A stretch of DNA of 63,998 nt, counting the filler, from Sandaracinaceae bacterium (GTDB lineage: Bacteria > Myxococcota_A > Polyangia > Polyangiales > JADJQN01), in the NCBI GenBank assembly GCA_947483975.1. It is 11 parts of 11 records of this genome, joined end to end, with 100 filler letters (N's around TTAATTAATTAA, not from the genome) between each part and the next. Parts side by side here need not be neighbours in the genome. Positions count along the whole stretch, not along the records: positions 18,442 to 24,425 come from CANKOL010000319.1; positions 24,526 to 30,506 come from CANKOL010000320.1; 9 more parts are not named here. The stretch is one strand, 5' to 3'. Position 1 is the stretch's first letter. The number at the start of each line of letters is the position of its first letter. Under the pieces are notes generated by a model. That model ran no database searches and was not told the DNA's origin. It saw nothing but the letters and a program-made list of their open reading frames with translations. Of the stretch, positions 18,748-28,903 are shown one piece after another. Made by a program: the position numbers and the translations under genes.

Positions 18748-20553
18748 TCAGCGCCCGCGCAGGATCGTGCCGCGATCGCCGACGATCCACACGTTCGCCG
18801 CGTCGATGCCGTCGACCGCGTGCAGCGTCTCCGTCGTCCCGGTGTCCTGCCGCGTCCAGCGCGTGCCGTCGTACTTGATGACCGTGCCGCCCTCGCCGAC
18901 GGCCCAGATCGCGTCCGACGAGGCGGCCCAGACGTCCTCGAGCGCGCCAGTCCCCGCCGGCGCGGCCTCGTTCGTCCAGGTGATCACGGGAGTCGGCCCC
19001 TCGAAGTAGTCGGGCTGATGATCGTAGTGACAGCGCACGATCATCGGCGCCCCCGCCATCGTCGAGCCGACCGCGACCGCCTCGAACGACGCCTCGTTCA
19101 CGGTGTCCGTGTCGAGATTGTCGTACTCGGTCTGAAAGACCGTCACGCCGTGATAGTCAGTCGTCGAGCCGCCCATATCCCACGCTCGAGTGAACGCGCC
19201 GCTCTGCCCATAGAGCACTCGCCCGACGTTGCGCGCGATGAAGACGTTGGCGTCGTCGAAGCCCGCGATCCCATAGAAATTGCCTAGTTCTGACGTCTCG
19301 ATGGTCCACGCGGTGCCGTCGAAGCGCGCGATTCTACCGCTCGAAGACACGGCCCAAGCGATGGTGGATGGAGTCCACGCGTCGATGATGCGAGTCGGGT
19401 CCGCGCTCGCCGAGCGCGCCTCGGGGACCCACATCCCCTGCCAAGTCTGCGAGGTGCCGACCGTGGACTGCGTCCAGCGATATCCGTCGTACGAGAGCAT
19501 CAGGCTCGACGCGCCGCCGACCCAAACGTGCTGTCGATCCGTCCCGCCGACGCTGAAGAACGTGCGCCCCGTCGTCGGCAGAGACTCCATGGCGAACGCG
19601 ACTCCGTCCCAGGAGAGCACCGCGTTGACGGGCCCGACGACGTAGACGCGCGTCGCGTCCGCGACCCACACATCGTTGAACTTCCGCGTGACCGCCAGCG
19701 ACGGCGGCGTGACGGGCTCCCACGTCGCGACGGGCAAGCCCGCGCTGCAATCCACCGCGAGGTACGCCACCGGCCCGGCCGCGACGCCGTGTCCGCCGGA
19801 CACCGTGCACGTCAGTCCCGCAGGCTGCGCGGTGACGTCCACCGAATACGCGCTCGCCGCGGCGAGCAGCGTCGTGAACGTGAACGGGCCATTCGCGCTC
19901 AGCGTGAGCGTCTCTGCGCCGTTGAGCGTCACGCCGACGGAGCCTCCCGTCAGCCCCGTGACGCGCCCGCCGATCGGATACGGCCCCGGCCCGGCGTCCG
20001 GGCGCTCGCCCGCGTCGTCGCCTCCGCCCCCGCCTCCATCGACGACCGCGCCATCGCGCGGCGCCGGGCCCGCGTCGCGCTCGAACTCCCCGCTCGCGCA
20101 GACGGGGCGCCCGCTCGCGTCACCGCACGAGAGCCCCGCGAGGCAGTCGAGCACCGAGGTGCATGGCGCGCCGAGGTCCCCGCCGCCCGCGTTCGCGCAC
20201 TCGAGCCCACCGCTGGCGCTCGCGCAGACGAGGCCCATCGCGCAGTCCGCGGACGACTCACACGGATCGTGCGCGCCGCCCGTGCCCTCGGGCTCACAGA
20301 CGCGCGCCGGGCTGCAATAGAGCCCTCCCGCGCACTCCGCGCTCAGCTGACACGAGTCGCCGTTGAGCGAGGTGCCCGTCGGCTCACAGCTTCCCGCACG
20401 ACACGTCAGCCCGAGGCGGCAGTCGGGGTCCCCCGCGCAGACATGACCGACGCCGCCGAGCGTCTTGGCGGGGGTGCTGCCACAGCCGCTCAGCGCGAGG
20501 AGCGCGAGCGCAGAGGCGACGACGACGCGGACGCTCAGGGACGAAAAGCGCAT
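18748..20553 (-). CDS. Cys-rich lipoprotein with Ig-like and beta-propeller-like repeats
   Basis: LSGC lipobox; four C-x4-5-C-x5-C repeats; IGGRVTGL...QPAGLTCTV domain; VW...VWxVG repeats. Confidence 0.85.
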   Translation of the reverse strand: MRFSSLSVRVVVASALALLALSGCGSTPAKTLGGVGHVCAGDPDCRLGLTCRAGSCEPTGTSLNGDSCQLSAECAGGLYCSPARVCEPEGTGGAHDPCESSADCAMGLVCASASGGLECANAGGGDLGAPCTSVLDCLAGLSCGDASGRPVCASGEFERDAGPAPRDGAVVDGGGGGGDDAGERPDAGPGPYPIGGRVTGLTGGSVGVTLNGAETLTLSANGPFTFTTLLAAASAYSVDVTAQPAGLTCTVSGGHGVAAGPVAYLAVDCSAGLPVATWEPVTPPSLAVTRKFNDVWVADATRVYVVGPVNAVLSWDGVAFAMESLPTTGRTFFSVGGTDRQHVWVGGASSLMLSYDGYRWTQSTVGTSQTWQGMWVPEARSASADPTRIIDAWTPSTIAWAVSSSGRIARFDGTAWTIETSELGNFYGIAGFDDANVFIARNVGRVLYGQSGAFTRAWDMGGSTTDYHGVTVFQTEYDNLDTDTVNEASFEAVAVGSTMAGAPMIVRCHYDHQPDYFEGPTPVITWTNEAAPAGTGALEDVWAASSDAIWAVGEGGTVIKYDGTRWTRQDTGTTETLHAVDGIDAANVWIVGDRGTILRGR

Positions 20554-20611
20554 GCGCCATGCTACTGCACGGCGCCCGCGCGGAACAGCCGTTCTCGGCG
20601 CCGCCCGCGCC

Positions 20612-21748
20612 TCAGAGCGCCGTGAATTGCGGCATCGACGAGAAGCGCTGCAGGTGAAAGTCCTCGTCGCCGAAGAGCGCGCCGAGCGCCTGCATGCGCT
20701 TGAAGTAGAGCCCGAGATCGTGCTCGTCCGTGACGCCGATGCCGCCGTGAAGCTGCGTGCCCTCGCGCACGACGAAGTGCCCGCTCGAGGTCAGCTGCGC
20801 CTTCGCCTTCGAGATCTCGTACGCGCGCTCGTCGGCGGGCGCCGTCGTCTTGATCGAGGCGAGGATGCTCGTCGACTTCGCGAGCTCCGTCTCGATGAAC
20901 ATATCGACCGCGCGGTGCTGAAGCGCCTGAAAAGTCCCGATCTTCACGCCGAATTGCTCGCGCGTGCGGAGGTACTCGACGGTCATCCAGAGCACGGTGC
21001 GCATGATCCCCGCGCCCTCCGCGCAGGCGGCTGCGGCGCCGAGATCCATCACCTCGTCGAGCACGTCGGCGGCGGTGCCCGCGCTGCCGAGCAGCTCCGC
21101 CGTCGCGCCGTCGAGCTTCACGATCGCGGCGTGCCGCCCGTCCATCGTCTGGACGCGCTGCGTGTGCACGCCACTCGCGCCCTTGGCGACGGTGAAGAGC
21201 GAGAGCCCGCCGCGCTCGCCCGGCTCGCCCGAGGTGCGCGCGCTGACGACGAGGTGATCTGCGGCGTGCCCGTTGAGCACGAAGTACTTCTCGCCGGTGA
21301 GCGCCCAGCCGGCCCCGCGCTGCTCTGCGCGCGTGTCGACGCACGTGACGTCGTAGCGACTCCCGCGCTCGAGCGCCGCGAGGGCGAGCGAGGTGTCGCC
21401 CGCGATCATTGGCCCGAGCAGCCGCTCTTGCTGCTCCGCGGTGCCCGTCCGCAGGATGGCGATGCCCGCGAGGAGCACGCTCTCGACGAAGGGCTCCGGC
21501 ACGAGCGCCGTGCCGAGCTGATCGACGATCAGCAGCACCTCGGCGAAGGTGCCGCCGAAGCCGCCGACGCTCTCGGGGAAGGGCAGCGACATCCAGCCGA
21601 GGTCGCCCATCTTCTTCCACGCGGCGCGGTCCCAGCCCGTCTCGTCCTCGCGCAGCTTGCGCGCGCGCCCGATCGGCGACTCCTTCTTGACGAAGGTCTG
21701 CGCGGTCTCGACCAACATCTTCTGATCGTTGCTCAGCTCGAAGTCCAT
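20612..21748 (-). CDS. Acyl-CoA dehydrogenase (small subunit of a pair, PimD-like)
   Basis: REQFGVKIGTFQALQHR, QLHGGIG. Confidence 0.92.
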   Translation of the reverse strand: MDFELSNDQKMLVETAQTFVKKESPIGRARKLREDETGWDRAAWKKMGDLGWMSLPFPESVGGFGGTFAEVLLIVDQLGTALVPEPFVESVLLAGIAILRTGTAEQQERLLGPMIAGDTSLALAALERGSRYDVTCVDTRAEQRGAGWALTGEKYFVLNGHAADHLVVSARTSGEPGERGGLSLFTVAKGASGVHTQRVQTMDGRHAAIVKLDGATAELLGSAGTAADVLDEVMDLGAAAACAEGAGIMRTVLWMTVEYLRTREQFGVKIGTFQALQHRAVDMFIETELAKSTSILASIKTTAPADERAYEISKAKAQLTSSGHFVVREGTQLHGGIGVTDEHDLGLYFKRMQALGALFGDEDFHLQRFSSMPQFTAL

Positions 21749-21758
21749 GTCCGATTCC

Positions 21759-22943
21759 TCACTTCGACGGAAGGCCGAGGATCATCTTCGCGATGACGTT
21801 CCGCTGGATCTCGTTGGAGCCGCCGTAGATCGTGGACGCGCGGATGTAGTTGAACGTCGAGCCGACGAACTCCTGGTCCGCGGGCACGACGCCCGGCTCG
21901 TTGAACCACGTGAGCGACGCCGGCCCCATCACGTCCATCGCGAGCTCGAACATCTGCTGAATCACCTCCGAGCCGCGGATCTTGAGGATCGACGACTCGG
22001 GGCCAGGCGCGTGCCCAAGCTGCGCGCCCGCGAGCGCGCGGAAATTCGCCATCTCGATGGAGCGCAGCTTCACCTCCATCTTCGCGATGCGCAGGCGAAT
22101 CGCCGGGTCGTCGAGCAAGCGCTTGCCGCTCGCCGTCGTCTCCAGCGCGATCTTCTTCACGCGCCGCAGCACGCGCGACGACTGCCCGACGGCGGCGATC
22201 AGCGTGCGCTCGTGCCCGAGCAGCGCCTTCGCGAGCGTCCAGCCGCCGTGGAGCGGTCCGACGAGGTTCTCCTTCGGGACGACGACGTTCTCGAACCACG
22301 TCTCGCAGAACGCCGGCGTGCCGCCCGTCGTGAGGAACGGCCTCACCTCGATGCCCGGCGTCTTCATGTCGATCAGCAAGAAGCTGATCCCCTGCTGCTT
22401 CTTCGAGGTCGTGTCCGTGCGGACGAGCGTGAAGATCCAGTCGGCGTACTGCGCGTACGTCGTCCAAGTCTTCTGCCCGTTGACGACGAAATTCCCCTGC
22501 CCATCGTCGTCGGCGCGCATCTGCAAAGACGCGAGATCCGAGCCCGCGTTCGGCTCGGAGTAGCCCTGACACCAGACCTCCTCGCCCGCGAAGATCTTCG
22601 GCAGAAAGCGCGCCTTCTGCGCCGGCGAGCCGAACTGGATGATCAGCGGCCCGACCATCATCAGCCCGAACGGCGAGAGCATCGGCGTGCCCGAGAGCTC
22701 GAGCTCTTGGCTGAAGATGAACCGCTGCGTCGCGTCCCAGCCGGGCCCGCCGACGGCCTGCGGCCACTGCGGCGCGACCCAGCCCTTCGCGGCCAGCAGC
22801 TTGTGCCAGCGCATGACGTCCGTGTGCTCGAAGTGACCGTCCACCTTCGCGATGGTCGCGAGGTCTTCCGGCAGGGCCTGGGCGATCCACGCGCGAACCT
22901 CTTCGCGGAAGGCCAGGTGCTCGGGGCTGAACGACATATCCAT
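21759..22943 (-). CDS. Acyl-CoA dehydrogenase (PimC-like)
   Basis: WCQGYSEPNAGSDLASL, NGQKTWT, IYGGSNEIQR. Confidence 0.93.
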   Translation of the reverse strand: MDMSFSPEHLAFREEVRAWIAQALPEDLATIAKVDGHFEHTDVMRWHKLLAAKGWVAPQWPQAVGGPGWDATQRFIFSQELELSGTPMLSPFGLMMVGPLIIQFGSPAQKARFLPKIFAGEEVWCQGYSEPNAGSDLASLQMRADDDGQGNFVVNGQKTWTTYAQYADWIFTLVRTDTTSKKQQGISFLLIDMKTPGIEVRPFLTTGGTPAFCETWFENVVVPKENLVGPLHGGWTLAKALLGHERTLIAAVGQSSRVLRRVKKIALETTASGKRLLDDPAIRLRIAKMEVKLRSIEMANFRALAGAQLGHAPGPESSILKIRGSEVIQQMFELAMDVMGPASLTWFNEPGVVPADQEFVGSTFNYIRASTIYGGSNEIQRNVIAKMILGLPSK

Positions 22944-23046
22944 CGGTCGTCTCCTGAATGGCGATTCAGACGCGGCCCCGGTCTACCACAGAGGGAGGGG
23001 CCGCCGAAGCGCAAATTTCGGGAGGAGCGACCGCGCGCGCCGCGCC

Positions 23047-23751
23047 TCAGTCGGCGAGGCCGACGAACATCGTCTGCACGTCGTCGTCGTCGTCGACCGC
23101 GCCGAGGAACGCCTCGACCTCCGCGCGCTGCGCCGGATCGTCGAGCTTCACGGGGTTCTTCGCGCGCCAGATCAGCGCGGCGGAGGTGACCGTCCACTTC
23201 CGCGCGGTGAGCGCCTTGTTCACCGTGTCGACGTCGCTCGGCTCCGTGAAGAAGCGCGTCTGACCGTCGTCGCCGGCCTCGAGATCCTGCGCACCCGCCT
23301 CGATCGCGGCCTCCTCCGCGTCGACGCCGGGACCGGGCGGAGTCGCCTCGATCGCGCCGAGCCGCGCGAAGTCCCAGGACACAGAGCCGCTCGAGCCGAG
23401 CTGACCCTTGCGGAACAGCAGGCGCATGTTCGGCGCGGTGCGGTTCTTGTTGTCGGTGAGGCACTCGACGATGACGGGCACCTGATACGGCGCATAGCCC
23501 TCGTAGGTGATCGTCTCGTACTGCACGGTCTCGTCGAGCAAGCCCGCGCCCTTCTTGATCGCGCGCTCGAGCGTGTCGCGCGTCATCGAGCTCTTCTTCG
23601 CGGCCTCGACGGCCATGCGCAGGCGCGGATTGGACGCAGGGTCAGGGCCGCCTCGCGCCGCGACCATGATCTCCTTCGCCAGCTTGGTGAAGAGCTTGCC
23701 CTTCGCCGCTGACGCTTCCGACCGACCCTTTTGCTTCCATTGGGCGCCCAT
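23047..23751 (-). CDS. YebC/PmpR family protein
   Basis: MGAQWK, DPASNPRLR, YEGYAP, TDNKNRT, DDDDVQ. Confidence 0.92.
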   Translation of the reverse strand: MGAQWKQKGRSEASAAKGKLFTKLAKEIMVAARGGPDPASNPRLRMAVEAAKKSSMTRDTLERAIKKGAGLLDETVQYETITYEGYAPYQVPVIVECLTDNKNRTAPNMRLLFRKGQLGSSGSVSWDFARLGAIEATPPGPGVDAEEAAIEAGAQDLEAGDDGQTRFFTEPSDVDTVNKALTARKWTVTSAALIWRAKNPVKLDDPAQRAEVEAFLGAVDDDDDVQTMFVGLAD

Positions 23752-23809
23752 AGGAACAGCCTCGTAGCGCATCTTCGTTCGGAAGGGCAGTAGGGATATG
23801 CTCGCGGCC

Positions 23810-24425
23810 ATGTCGTCTTCGCGCGCTTCGCTCTCGCTGTCGTTCGCGCTCTGCGTCGTGTTGCCGGGCGCCGTCGCGCTCTGCGCTTGCTCGGAAGGAA
23901 CGGGCACGACGCCGCGACGCGGACGCACCGACCTGGGCACGCCCGACGTGGACGGCGGCACGACGCCCCTCGACTTCGGGCCCGCGCCGGACTTCGGCCC
24001 TCCGCCGGACTTCGGCCCTCCGCGCCCGGGGGACGCCGACAACGACGGCATTCCCGACGCCGCCGAGGCAGCCCACGGCACCGATCCGAACAACGCCGAC
24101 ACCGACGGCGACGGCTTCTCCGACGGCGTCGAGGTCCTCGCGGGCACCGACCCGACGAGCGCGGCGAGCTTCATCCCGCCCACCGATTTCTACGTCGTGC
24201 TCCCCTACGAGGACCCCGCGCAGGTGCGCGAGCTCGAGTTCACCGCGCGCCTCGGCAAGGGCGATGTCTTCTTCCTCGTCGACACCACCGGCTCGATGGG
24301 GCTCGCCATCGGCAACGTGCGCACCTCGCTCTCGACCGTGATCGTGCCCGCGCTCTCGGCGGCGATCGCGGACGTCGTGATGGGCGTCGGCGATTATCGC
24401 GACTTCCCCGTCGACCCCTACGGCA
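23810..24425 (+). CDS. Lipoprotein with Ca-binding (TSP3-like) repeats and VWA domain, truncated
   Basis: LCAC lipobox; DADNDG and DTDGDG repeats; FLVDTTGSM MIDAS-like motif. Confidence 0.8.
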
Positions 24426-24525
24426 NNNNNNNNNNNNNNNNNNNNNNNNNNNNNNNNNNNNNNNNNNNNTTAATTAATTAANNNNNNNNNNNNNNNNNNN
24501 NNNNNNNNNNNNNNNNNNNNNNNNN

Positions 24526-24753
24526 CGCCGAGTCGAGATCGCCGAGAAAGAGCGCGATCGTCGTCACCGCGCGCCCGCGCCGCAGCGCCGTGTACGCCGC
24601 CAACATCAGCCGCAGGTACGCCCGCAGCTCCTCCTCGAGCACGTGCGGCCTGTCGATCAGCGGCCAGAGCTGGAGGAGCGCGTCCTCGGGCTTGCCCGCG
24701 TCGAGCGCCGCCTGAGCCCGCCGCATCGCCTCACGTTTGTCGACAATCGCCAT
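24526..24753 (-). CDS. Helical (TPR-like) protein N-terminus, truncated
   Basis: ATG with AAGGG RBS; amphipathic helices. Confidence 0.6.
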
Positions 24754-24879
24754 CGCCCTTTGGGAGCGTGCCTCGCGGCCCAGGAAGTCACAAGCGAGCG
24801 CGCGGACTCCCCCAAGAATTTTACTGTCAGCACAAAGGCAACGTCCCTATCGGGGGGCGTCGGCGCTGCAGAATGCGGT

Positions 24880-24893
24880 TTGACTACGATCAT
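24880..24893 (+). promoter_or_regulatory. FNR/CRP-like box
   Basis: TTGAC-TACG-ATCAT, 8/10 match to TTGAT-N4-ATCAA, ~85 nt upstream of the decaheme gene start. Confidence 0.45.
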
Positions 24894-24978
24894 CCCGTCG
24901 AGCCGCGCCGCGTCGATCTGGCTTGCTTGGCGCCTCTGGGTATGGTCTTACGCGCCTAACCAATCTGGAGGGTCGTTT

Positions 24979-27900
24979 ATGACCAAGTTTCGAACGCGAG
25001 TTTCTATTGTCCTGGCCGTCGGGGCGGTGCTTGCAGCCTGTGAGGGGCCGGCTGGCGCCCCCGGAGGCCCTTGCACCGTCTCCGTACCTGACGGCGGTGG
25101 AGCCACAACGATCGCTTGCCCGGGCCAAGACCCGGTAACCATTCCCGCGCCGCGCGACGGCACGGGCTGCACCGTCGCCGCCGTCGATGGCGGGCGCACC
25201 GTCACCTGCGGTGGCGACACCGTGACGATTCCGGACGTCGAGCCGTGCACCATCACGGACGACGGCGCCGGCACCAAGACGATCACCTGCCCGGGCCAGG
25301 ACCCGGTCACGGTCAGCGACGGTTCGCCCTGCTCGGTCTCGCAGGACGTCGACGCGGGCACCACGATGGTCACCTGCCCCGGCGCACCGCCGGTCACGAT
25401 CCCGGCGCCCGCCACCGCGTCCTGCACGGTTGCCGACAACGGCGACGGCACCGCGACGGTCAACTGCTCGGACGGCACGCACGTCGTCATCTCGGCGACC
25501 GGCACCGCGCTCACCCGCTTCGAGACGACCCCGGGCCTCGTGCTCAACGTCACGAACGTCGGCGGCGCGACCGGCGCGGACGGCTCCTTCGCGGCTGGCG
25601 ACTTCATCGAGGTCACCTACACCCTCGCCGACCGCGCGGGTCGCCCCGTGGCGCTCGCGGCGCTCGACTCGGCGGCCGTGTGGTTCGCAGGCCCGACCTC
25701 GAACTACCAGCACATCATCCCGGTCGGCAACGTCAAGACGCTGACCGACGTGAAGACCGCCTCCGTGCTCAACACGGACGGCTCCTACACCTACACGTTC
25801 ACCACCGCGATCCCCGCGGCCTTCGGCACCCCGCTCAACGACAGCGCAGCCTACGGCGCGGTCGACGGCGAGCTCACGGGCCCGCTGACCCCCGGCACGT
25901 ACACGGTCGCGATGGCCGTCTACAAGAACTTCTACGTCGACGGCGTCCGCGTCCGTGACGCGGCGAACCTCACGCACGACGTGCTCTTCGGCGGCGCGAC
26001 GGCGCTCGAGCCCCGCGCGGTCGTCGGCCTCGACAACTGCAACAGCTGCCACCAGTCGATCGAGGGCCACGGCGCTCGCTACGACAGCCCGGCGCTCTGC
26101 GTCACCTGCCACACCTCCGGCGCCGAGACGCCCGAGCATGACGCGCCGATCGACTTCCGCGTCATGATCCACAGCCTCCACAACGGCATTCACCTTCCGT
26201 CGGTCAACGGCGTCAGCGTCGACGCGGCTGGCGCGCGCGTGTACGCGACGACCGGCACGCCGAACATCGTCCACGGCACGGACTTCTCGGGCGTCATCTT
26301 CCCGATGATGCCGAACTTCCAGATCGCGATGCCGAAGAACGCGGGCTTCTCCGCGCTCACGACGACGACGGCCGCGGGTCAGACCACCCCGAACCAGCAG
26401 ACGGCGAACAACAACATCCGCAAGGGCATCACCGCCTGTGCGGTCTGCCACGGCGACCCCGACGGCACCGGCCCGCTCACCGCCCCCGCGCAGGGTGACG
26501 CCGCGTTCACCGCGCCGATCCGCCGCGCCTGTGGCTCCTGCCACGACGACATCAACTGGGCCCGCCCGTACCAGCAGAACGGCCAGACCATGGCCGCGAA
26601 CCGCCTGGACAGCTCGTGCACGGGCTGCCACGCAGAGGGCGGCGATCCGGCCGGCTTCGACTCACTCTCCGTTCGCGACGCGCACTCGCACCCGATGACC
26701 ACGGCCGCCGTGGACCCCCAGAACGTGATGACCATCACCGCGGTCACCGGCGGCTCGGGCACCGGCGGCGCCTTCGCCAACGGCGACTCCCCGACGGTCT
26801 CCTTCACGGTGACCGACCCCGCTGGCGCCAACTACGGCATCAACAACTACGACGCGTTCTCCCTTGGGTTCACCGGTCCGACGACCGCTCGTCAGATCGT
26901 CTTCGCGGGCGGTCAGACGGCCGCTCCGATGGACTTCACGGGACGCCTCCAGGTCGCCGCGAGCGGCGCGAACGGCACGATGGGCAAGGTCTTCCCGACC
27001 GCGACCACGACGTCCGACGCCCTCACGGTGCACTTCACCACGTCGACGGCCTTCACGGTCGGCGCGCTCGCGGCCGGCTCCCTCGGCACCGGCAGCCTCG
27101 CGGGCGCCGCCAGCGCGAACCGCAGCGGCACGAGCTTCGCCAACTTCGCCCTCTCGGCGACGGTGGTGGCGCAGGCGCTCACGGTCAACTTCACGGACGC
27201 GACTCACTTCACCGTGACCGGCTCCGTCTCCGGCGCCATGGGCGGCGGCACCCTCCCGAACTCGATCAACGCGCTGACCCGCTTCACGTCGACCGATAGC
27301 TCGGTCAAGTTCAACGTGACGGTCGGCACGGCGGCCTTCGTCGCCGGCGACAACGCGTACATCACGGTCTTCAAGGGCAGCGCGGCCGACCCGGTCGCCT
27401 TCGCGGTCGTCGCGGGCCGCACGGCCTTCGCGGCTGGCGACCGTTTCTACTACGACTACTGGGCGCCCGCGGCCACCTACACGACCAAGATCCCGATGGA
27501 TCTGACCATGGAGCGCCTCGGCCTCGGTGACGGCGTCACCGTCGGCCAGACCTTCACGGCGGCGAACCTCCCGGTCTGGTACGGCCGCCAGGCGCTCTAC
27601 GAGCGCACGGCAGTCTCGGCCACGACCACGACGCTCACCGCGGCCAACCGCCTCCTCGCCACCTGGCTCTACGTCGGGACGGCGACGGGCTTCGCGGCGA
27701 ACGACTACGTCGTCGTCGACGCGGGCACGGCGAACGAGGAGTACGCGCAGGTCTCGGCGGTCAACACGACCAACAAGACCCTGACGCTCGCGCGTCAGCG
27801 CGGCCTCCGCTTCGTGCACGCGGTCGGCGCCACCCTGACGAAGGTGACCCTGACCCTCCGTCGCGAGGGCACGGACTACACGCTCGCCCCGACCACCGGC

Positions 27901-28653
27901 GTCCTCACGCTCGTGGCCGCCTCGGCGAACCCGTTCGTCCTCAACTACCGCACCGACGGCCGCTTCGGCTGGAAGCGCGCCCCGGGCGACACCGTCCAGA
28001 ACACGTACTACGCCCCGCCGGACCTCCTCGAGGGGACCAACGAGTCGTGGGGCGATTGGCGCGGCAAGCCGTACGTCGCCGGCACCTACACGGTTGCGCT
28101 CTGGGGCAACACGAACGTCGAGTTCGCGCGCAACGGCGAGCACCAGGTCTACCGCGGCACGGCGCGGTCGGCTCAGCGCGACGTGCTCTACGGCGCGGCC
28201 ACGACGGTCGCTCCGTACGCGATCATCGAGACCACCTCGACGAACGACCCCTGCGCGTCGTGCCACGGTGACCTCCGCTTCCACGGCGGCGGACGCCGCG
28301 GCAGCTTCACCTGCATGGTCTGTCACGCCACGCCTGGCGCCCAGGTCAACTTCGGGACGCTCGCGCATGAGTTCCATGCGGCGACGCTCCCGGTGATGCC
28401 CAACGGCGCAGGCGCCTGCACGAGCTGCCACGGCAGCAGCACGACGTGGTCGGCTCCGACCAGTCACACCTCGCCGGCCGCCGGCAGCCTCCCGGCGCAC
28501 CGCTGGGGCCAGACCTGCGAGGGCTGCCACTCGGCTGCTCCCGCGGTCGCGCACATCGAGACCATGACCGTCGAGGGCGGTGGCGAGTCCTGCGAGACCT
28601 GCCACGGCGCGACGGGCGAGTTCCCGGTCAGCGTGATGCACATGGCGCGGTAG
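24979..28653 (+). CDS. Large decaheme cytochrome c lipoprotein, MtrC/OmcA-like (1224 aa)
   Basis: GGAGG RBS; LAAC lipobox; 10 CxxCH in two groups of five (CNSCH, CVTCH, CAVCH, CGSCH, CTGCH / CASCH, CMVCH, CTSCH, CEGCH, CETCH); DGSYTYTF and IDFRVMIHSLH motifs. Confidence 0.9.
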   Translation: MTKFRTRVSIVLAVGAVLAACEGPAGAPGGPCTVSVPDGGGATTIACPGQDPVTIPAPRDGTGCTVAAVDGGRTVTCGGDTVTIPDVEPCTITDDGAGTKTITCPGQDPVTVSDGSPCSVSQDVDAGTTMVTCPGAPPVTIPAPATASCTVADNGDGTATVNCSDGTHVVISATGTALTRFETTPGLVLNVTNVGGATGADGSFAAGDFIEVTYTLADRAGRPVALAALDSAAVWFAGPTSNYQHIIPVGNVKTLTDVKTASVLNTDGSYTYTFTTAIPAAFGTPLNDSAAYGAVDGELTGPLTPGTYTVAMAVYKNFYVDGVRVRDAANLTHDVLFGGATALEPRAVVGLDNCNSCHQSIEGHGARYDSPALCVTCHTSGAETPEHDAPIDFRVMIHSLHNGIHLPSVNGVSVDAAGARVYATTGTPNIVHGTDFSGVIFPMMPNFQIAMPKNAGFSALTTTTAAGQTTPNQQTANNNIRKGITACAVCHGDPDGTGPLTAPAQGDAAFTAPIRRACGSCHDDINWARPYQQNGQTMAANRLDSSCTGCHAEGGDPAGFDSLSVRDAHSHPMTTAAVDPQNVMTITAVTGGSGTGGAFANGDSPTVSFTVTDPAGANYGINNYDAFSLGFTGPTTARQIVFAGGQTAAPMDFTGRLQVAASGANGTMGKVFPTATTTSDALTVHFTTSTAFTVGALAAGSLGTGSLAGAASANRSGTSFANFALSATVVAQALTVNFTDATHFTVTGSVSGAMGGGTLPNSINALTRFTSTDSSVKFNVTVGTAAFVAGDNAYITVFKGSAADPVAFAVVAGRTAFAAGDRFYYDYWAPAATYTTKIPMDLTMERLGLGDGVTVGQTFTAANLPVWYGRQALYERTAVSATTTTLTAANRLLATWLYVGTATGFAANDYVVVDAGTANEEYAQVSAVNTTNKTLTLARQRGLRFVHAVGATLTKVTLTLRREGTDYTLAPTTGVLTLVAASANPFVLNYRTDGRFGWKRAPGDTVQNTYYAPPDLLEGTNESWGDWRGKPYVAGTYTVALWGNTNVEFARNGEHQVYRGTARSAQRDVLYGAATTVAPYAIIETTSTNDPCASCHGDLRFHGGGRRGSFTCMVCHATPGAQVNFGTLAHEFHAATLPVMPNGAGACTSCHGSSTTWSAPTSHTSPAAGSLPAHRWGQTCEGCHSAAPAVAHIETMTVEGGGESCETCHGATGEFPVSVMHMAR

Positions 28654-28719
28654 TTCGCGCACCCTCACCTAGCTGGCCTGGCCCTCGTGGTCGGGCCCGC
28701 TGAGTGAGGACCCACGGCA

Positions 28720-28903
28720 CGGGCGTCCGAGAGGGCGCCCGTCGTCGTTTGAGGCTGCGGGCGTCCCCTGGGGGCGCCCGTCGTCGTTTGAGGCTGCGGG
28801 CGTCCGTGAGGGCGCCCGTCGTCGTTTGAGGCTGCGGGCGTCCCCTGGGGGCGCCCGTCGTCGTTTGAGGCCTCGGGCGTCCGAGAGGGCGCCCGTCGTC
28901 GTT
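28720..28903. repeat. Tandem array of five 38/39-bp palindromic (REP/BIME-like) units
   Basis: Unit CGGGCGTCC-[GAGA/CCTGG/GTGA]-GGGCGCCCG-TCGTCGTTTGAGGCTG starting at 28720, 28758, 28797, 28835 and 28874 (last partial); lies between convergent genes. Confidence 0.9.

Noticed and set aside
24643..24978. N-terminal extension of the decaheme ORF given in the ORF track
   Set aside because: It overlaps a divergent gene; the RBS and lipoprotein signal place the start at 24979.
28720..28903. Possible CRISPR array
   Set aside because: Units are head-to-tail with no unique spacers; only 4-5 nt loops vary, and there are no cas genes in the contig.
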